The translations under genes were made by a program, and so were the position numbers. Source: Planctomycetota bacterium (lineage in GTDB: Bacteria; Planctomycetota; GCA-002687715; CAIWVZ01). From it: a stretch of 64,000 nt of DNA. Below the pieces are notes generated by a model. That model saw nothing but the letters and a program-made list of their open reading frames with translations, was not told the DNA's origin and searched no databases. This document shows, in pieces, positions 59,141 to 64,000 of the stretch (position 1 is the first letter of the stretch; each line of letters opens with the position of its first letter). The stretch is taken from contig JBGANV010000012.1 in NCBI GenBank assembly GCA_044222185.1, forward strand, positions 64,001 to 128,000. Reading direction: 5' to 3'.

Positions 59141-61651
59141 TCAGTAGCCGACGGCCATTCTCACGCCGGCCGACACGGCGAAGCCCGTAGGCGCGGAGGG
59201 GCTGAGGAAGAGCGCCTGCACTCCGAATGCCTGTCCGACGAGCGCCTCCGCATTCGGCACCATCCCTGGAAGCGACCACGTCCCGTTCGCGTTGACGGAG
59301 AACTGGCCGTGCGACCTGAGTCCGACACCGCCGAGGTAGAGCGGGCAGCCATTCGAGAGAGTCGACGTCGCGATCGTGGACGACGAGAACAGCTCGCCGA
59401 TGGCGTAGGGGGGCGCAAACGACCCGGACGCGAGAACCGGCGCGCCGACGACGGCGAGCCCCGCGACGAGGGTTGGTGGCGTGGTCGACGTCCCGCAACC
59501 GGGGCCGATCGGATTGACCATGGCGGGCGCGCCCAGCGCGATCTTCATGAAGAAGCAATCGTCGAGTCCCTGCGGGGACGCGAATGCCGAGCTCAGTGCC
59601 GGCAGGTTGGACGACGACGTCGTCCCGGTGAGGTAGATCGCACCGGCGGGATCGAGTGCAACGCCGCGGAGCTGGTCCGACCCGTTGCCTCCGATGAAGG
59701 AGCTGAAGACGACTCCGCGGCCATCGCCCGAGAGCTTCACGACGAATCCGTCTTCCGGCAGGCCACCGGCCATGAACGTCGATTGCACCGCGTTCGGCGT
59801 CACGAGCAGGTCGGGCGAATTGGTGTATCCGACCACGACGGGCGCACCGTTCCCGTCCAGCGCGAGGTCGTATCCCGCATCGCTCGCGCCGCCGCCGAGG
59901 TAGGTGGAGTAAACGAGGGTGGCCCCGTTCGCTGCCACCTTGGTGACGAACGCGTCCGACGAGTTCTGCGACGACGGTCGCACCGCGTCCGACGTCACGG
60001 GATAACCCGGATACGCCTGCCCCGTGATGACGGGTGCATCCGACGCATCCATGTCGAGCGCCAGCGCCTGGTCGTCACCGGATCCGCCGAGGAACGTGCT
60101 CCAGACCAACTGGCCCAGGTTCGCCGTGAAGCGGCAGACGATGGCGTCGCTGAGCCCGTTGGGCGTGGAGTCGAACGAACCGGCCGTGCTCGGGAAGTTC
60201 GGGGACGACGAGGCTCCCGCGATCACGATCTGCCCGTTCGTGCAGGCCCGCACTCCCGTCGCGCTGTCGATGCTCGAGCCACCGATGAGCGTGCTCGCAA
60301 CCAGCGTCGAACCGCTCGCCGAGAGCTTTCCGACGAACGCGTCGAAGTCGCCGTTCGGCGCCCCGTCCCAGGCGCCCGCGGACGTTGGGAAGTTGGTGGA
60401 TTTCGTGGAGCCGCAAACCAGGACCTCGTCCGCAGCGTTCAACGTGACTCCGCCCGGATAGTCGTCGTTGCCCCCGCCCAGGTAGGTGGAGAACACGAGG
60501 CCCGTTCCCGTGGCGTTGAGCTTGGTCACGAAGACGTCGCTCCACCCGTTGTAGGCCGTGTCGTAGGCGCCCGTCGTCGTTGGGAAACCGCTGCCGCACT
60601 TTCCGGTGATGACGGCCCGCCCCTGCGAGTCCAGAGCCATTCCCGCGGATTGGTCCGCCCCGGCCGATCCGAGGTAGGTCGAGAAGACGATGGCGTTCCC
60701 CGCGGGCGTGAGCTTCGTGACGAACGCCTCCGTGTTGTTCAGCACCGAGTCGAACGCCCCCGGCGAGCGAGGGTAGTCGGCGGACGTCGTGCGCCCCGTG
60801 ACGAACATGGCGCCCGACGAATCGACGGCGACGGCCCGCGCAAGGTCGTAGCTCGACCCAGCCAGGATCCCGGACACGACGATCACCGGGTCGATGACCA
60901 GCCGTTGCCCCGGCCGGTGACTCGGCACGTCGAATCCGAACCGCGTCGCGTCGAGGATCCGGAAGCGGCAATCGACGATCTCTCGACCGCCATCCTCTCG
61001 GATGCGCCACGTTCGCGGGCATTCCTGCCGCACGACCCCCATGGAGGTGTTGGCCAGCAGCGCGCCCGACTCGTCCAGCGAAAGCCCGTTCGCGCCGTCA
61101 CAGCGCACGACGACGCGGGAAGGGTCACCCGTCGGTCCGACGAGGACGTCGTACTCGACCTGCCCGTGGGCATCGTGGAATTCCACGGCGACATCGTCAT
61201 AGATGCCGGTCGCGCGAACCGACGACCACGTGGGGGCGTCGGTCACCCATTTCGCGGGGTCGTTGCCGATGAAGTAGTTCATCCGCCCGGGAAGACCCGA
61301 CGCCCCATCGACGCGGGCGCCCTCCGCAGCACCTTCGAACGTGAAGAACAGGTTCACGCCGCGTGCCGTCTCGGCGACGTCCGCCGGTGGCGCGCAGATC
61401 GACACCACGAACCGTTCGGCGCCGACGAACGTCGTGACCGGCCCCTGCCGGACCACGAAGCGGGCGCGAGCGTCGAACTGTCCGCGATTCTCGATGAACG
61501 TCGCGGGGAGGCGCCCTGTCGGGACTACCGACGACGCGGGCCGTCGGTGGGCGTCGACTCCGTTCGGACCTTGAGCCGGCGACATCGCCGCAGCGACGAA
61601 CGCGAGCGCGAGCACGCCCATCCGGGCATCGAACCGTCCGGTTACGACCAT
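59141..61651 (-). CDS. Secreted SBBP beta-propeller protein with shared C-terminal domain
   Basis: FIENRGQ, NYFIGNDPAKW, EYDVLV..GDP, LVIDP N-domain. Seven D.A..VA.D..G...TG.T.S..FP...DAFVTKL...STYLGG blades. GPGC...LVGQAFGVQA...VSAGVRMAVGY. Alternative start 61621. Confidence 0.9.
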   Translation of the reverse strand: MVVTGRFDARMGVLALAFVAAAMSPAQGPNGVDAHRRPASSVVPTGRLPATFIENRGQFDARARFVVRQGPVTTFVGAERFVVSICAPPADVAETARGVNLFFTFEGAAEGARVDGASGLPGRMNYFIGNDPAKWVTDAPTWSSVRATGIYDDVAVEFHDAHGQVEYDVLVGPTGDPSRVVVRCDGANGLSLDESGALLANTSMGVVRQECPRTWRIREDGGREIVDCRFRILDATRFGFDVPSHRPGQRLVIDPVIVVSGILAGSSYDLARAVAVDSSGAMFVTGRTTSADYPRSPGAFDSVLNNTEAFVTKLTPAGNAIVFSTYLGSAGADQSAGMALDSQGRAVITGKCGSGFPTTTGAYDTAYNGWSDVFVTKLNATGTGLVFSTYLGGGNDDYPGGVTLNAADEVLVCGSTKSTNFPTSAGAWDGAPNGDFDAFVGKLSASGSTLVASTLIGGSSIDSATGVRACTNGQIVIAGASSSPNFPSTAGSFDSTPNGLSDAIVCRFTANLGQLVWSTFLGGSGDDQALALDMDASDAPVITGQAYPGYPVTSDAVRPSSQNSSDAFVTKVAANGATLVYSTYLGGGASDAGYDLALDGNGAPVVVGYTNSPDLLVTPNAVQSTFMAGGLPEDGFVVKLSGDGRGVVFSSFIGGNGSDQLRGVALDPAGAIYLTGTTSSSNLPALSSAFASPQGLDDCFFMKIALGAPAMVNPIGPGCGTSTTPPTLVAGLAVVGAPVLASGSFAPPYAIGELFSSSTIATSTLSNGCPLYLGGVGLRSHGQFSVNANGTWSLPGMVPNAEALVGQAFGVQALFLSPSAPTGFAVSAGVRMAVGY

Positions 61652-62043
61652 CCCTTTTCGACTCCGATCTGGCTTGGGACGCCCGTGGCGTCCTGAACGC
61701 GCGCGAAGAAGGTGCGCCTGCGCGCCATCGATCCGTCGCCCTCGTCCTGCCCGCAACGATCACCGTCGTGATGGACGCCTTCGCTCGGCGGCGAGGCGTC
61801 GTTGCAGGGTTGGGGCCCAGGACTTTCCTGAGGGCTCGCTCCCCGTGCACACCCAACGAGAACATAGAAACGCAGGCCCAGGGATTCCGCGCGAGAACGT
61901 GAAAGAAACCGCCTGAAAATGGCCGTTTTGCACGCGCACTTCGGAAATGGTGGATATGATCCGCCGTCGCCAACCGGGAGACCGCCCGTGGGGGACGGCT
62001 TCCTCGCGGCGGATGAGTCTCGGCCCCGGTCCCGGAGGGTGGA

Positions 62044-64000
62044 GTGACTTCCGATTCCGCTGAGTCGATCGCCAACGAGGCGCGCAAGCTGCCAGGCATT
62101 TCCGAGCGGGAAACGCTCATCGACCGGACCTGCGGAGACGATCAGGAGCTGCGTTCGAGGGTCGAGCGGCTTCTGGCCACCACGGCGGAGGACGTGGAGC
62201 TCAACTTCGGCGACGACCTCCACAGCGAGAAGGCTGGCGACGTCATCGGGCGCTACCGGCTCGTTCGCGAGGTTGGCCAGGGCGGGTTCGGCACGGTGTG
62301 GCTTGCCGACCAGGAGCAGCCGGTCAAACGGCAGGTCGCGCTGAAGATCATCAAGCTCGGGATGGACACCCGACATGTCGTCGCACGGTTCGAGCAGGAG
62401 CGGCAGGCTCTCGCATTGATGGACCATCCCGGGATCGCCCGCGTGCTCGACGCCGGGGCGACGATCACGGGCCGGCCCTACTTCGTCATGGACTACGTCC
62501 CCGGCGAGGCGATAGCCGAGTTCTGTGACAAGAACGAGCTGTCGATTCGCGCGCGCCTGGAGCTGTGCGCCCAGGTGTGCGCCGCCGTGCAGCACGCTCA
62601 CGGCAAGGGCGTGATTCACCGCGACCTCAAGCCGTCGAACATCCTCGTGGCGATGCAGGACGGGGTCCCTCGGGCGAAGGTGATCGACTTCGGCGTCGCC
62701 AAGGCCACCTGGAGCAAGCTCACCGACAAGACGCTCCAGACGGCGCATCAGCAGGTCATCGGCACGCTGCGGTACATGAGCCCGGAGCAGGCCGAGGGTT
62801 CTCTCGACATCGACACGCGGACGGACGTCTACTCCATCGGAGTCGTCCTCTACGAGCTGTTGACCGGCAGCACGCCGTTCGATCGCCGCGCGGCGAAGAC
62901 GCTCACGCCCTACGAGCTCCACCGGTTGATCCGCGAGTCCGAGCCCGATTCCCCGTCGACGCGGCTCGAAGCGTCGACGGCGGGGATTCAGTCGATCGCG
63001 GCGCGGCGGGGCGTGGGCGCCGGAAGGCTTGGCTCGATCGTTCGCGGCGAGCTCGACTGGATCGTCATGAAGGCGATCGAGAAGGACCGCGCCCGTCGTT
63101 ACGAGACGGCGAACGGCTTCGCACTCGACATCCGCCGCTACCTGGCGGGGGAGGCCGTGCTCGCGGCGCCGCCGAGCGCGCTCTACCGGTTCAGGAAGCT
63201 CGTGCGTCGCAACAAGTCGGCGGTGGTCGCCGCAGCCGCCGTGACTGCATCGCTCATCGTCGGTGTCGTCGGGTTCGCCTGGCAGGCGACGGTGGCGGCG
63301 AGTGAGCGCGACGCCGCCGTCGTGGCCCGCGAACGCGAGGCAAAATCGCGCGTCCTCGCGGAGCAGCTCGGCGAGTCCGAAGCGAGGCAGCGCGTCATCG
63401 CCGAGAGCAACGAGCAGAAGGCCGCGGTGATCAACAAGTTCCTCTTGGAGATGCTCGGCTCGGCCGACATCCGCAACCGTGGCCGCGACGTGAAAGTGGC
63501 CGACGTCCTGGACTCGGCGGCAGCCGACGTGGAGACGGCGTTCAAGGCTCGCCCCGAGGTCGAGGCGGCCGTGCGCCAGATCCTCGGCAAGACCTACCTG
63601 TCGCTCGGACTCCTGGATCGCGGCGAGCCCCAGGTCATGGCGTCACTCGAAACGACCAAGGCCGTTTATGGCGAGGAGTCGGTCGAGTACGCGCGCGCGC
63701 TTTCGTCGCTGGGGTACCTCCTCGGTCAACGCGGCCTCCACGAGAAGGCGATCGAGCCCTACGAACGTGCGTTTGCGACGGCGATGCGCGTCGCCGGGCC
63801 GGAGGCCACGGTCACACTCGGGATCGAGGGTGACTACGCCAATGCGCTTTCGCGCGTGAACCGCTCGGCCGAGGCCGAACGGCTCTTCCGGGAAACGATC
63901 CGGATCCGCCGCGCGCAGCCTGGCGTCGACACGCGGGATGCGGTCGTCGCGATCAACAGCCTGGCGGTCCTGCTTCACGGTCTCGGCCGGCTCGACGAAG
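62044..64000 (+). CDS. Ser/Thr protein kinase with TM and TPR region (partial, runs off the window)
   Basis: Absent from the ORF track and translated by hand. GGAGG + GTG 62044. CGDDQELRSRVERLL, GQGGFGTVW, VALK, HRDLKPSN, DFGVAKA, YMSPEQA, GELDWIVMKAIEKDR. Confidence 0.92.
   Translation, partial: MTSDSAESIANEARKLPGISERETLIDRTCGDDQELRSRVERLLATTAEDVELNFGDDLHSEKAGDVIGRYRLVREVGQGGFGTVWLADQEQPVKRQVALKIIKLGMDTRHVVARFEQERQALALMDHPGIARVLDAGATITGRPYFVMDYVPGEAIAEFCDKNELSIRARLELCAQVCAAVQHAHGKGVIHRDLKPSNILVAMQDGVPRAKVIDFGVAKATWSKLTDKTLQTAHQQVIGTLRYMSPEQAEGSLDIDTRTDVYSIGVVLYELLTGSTPFDRRAAKTLTPYELHRLIRESEPDSPSTRLEASTAGIQSIAARRGVGAGRLGSIVRGELDWIVMKAIEKDRARRYETANGFALDIRRYLAGEAVLAAPPSALYRFRKLVRRNKSAVVAAAAVTASLIVGVVGFAWQATVAASERDAAVVAREREAKSRVLAEQLGESEARQRVIAESNEQKAAVINKFLLEMLGSADIRNRGRDVKVADVLDSAAADVETAFKARPEVEAAVRQILGKTYLSLGLLDRGEPQVMASLETTKAVYGEESVEYARALSSLGYLLGQRGLHEKAIEPYERAFATAMRVAGPEATVTLGIEGDYANALSRVNRSAEAERLFRETIRIRRAQPGVDTRDAVVAINSLAVLLHGLGRLDE

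Overview
High-GC bacterial DNA (about 68-70% GC by eye). The gene content points to Planctomycetota (inference): ECF sigma factors paired with Ser/Thr kinases, a sulfatase, CRTAC1/ASPIC-UnbV plus TPR genes, and many secreted proteins. I can support about 38 CDS and two decayed genes. I found no rRNA, tRNA, CRISPR array or transposase. Metabolic loci are nifJ (PFOR)-DHOD-like-lutABC, ilvE, an orphan molybdopterin oxidoreductase and an SDR-FAH-enolase acid-sugar cluster. The strongest unexplained signal is in the secretome. Six unrelated secreted proteins end in the same divergent 105-135 aa beta-rich domain (G..L..P...L.G.....Q.......S/T-N/A/S + terminal beta-strand), and two more carry it internally. 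Several passenger domains resemble Bacteroidota T9SS cargo, and about 12 signal peptides expose Gln at +1. Together these suggest an uncharacterised sorting or surface-display system. Other highlights are a ZAS-FecR anti-sigma fused to a large extracellular repeat protein with a possible internal start, a sulfatase with altered catalytic residues, and a duplicated 58-bp double-hairpin element. All family calls come from motif recognition by eye, not database searches.
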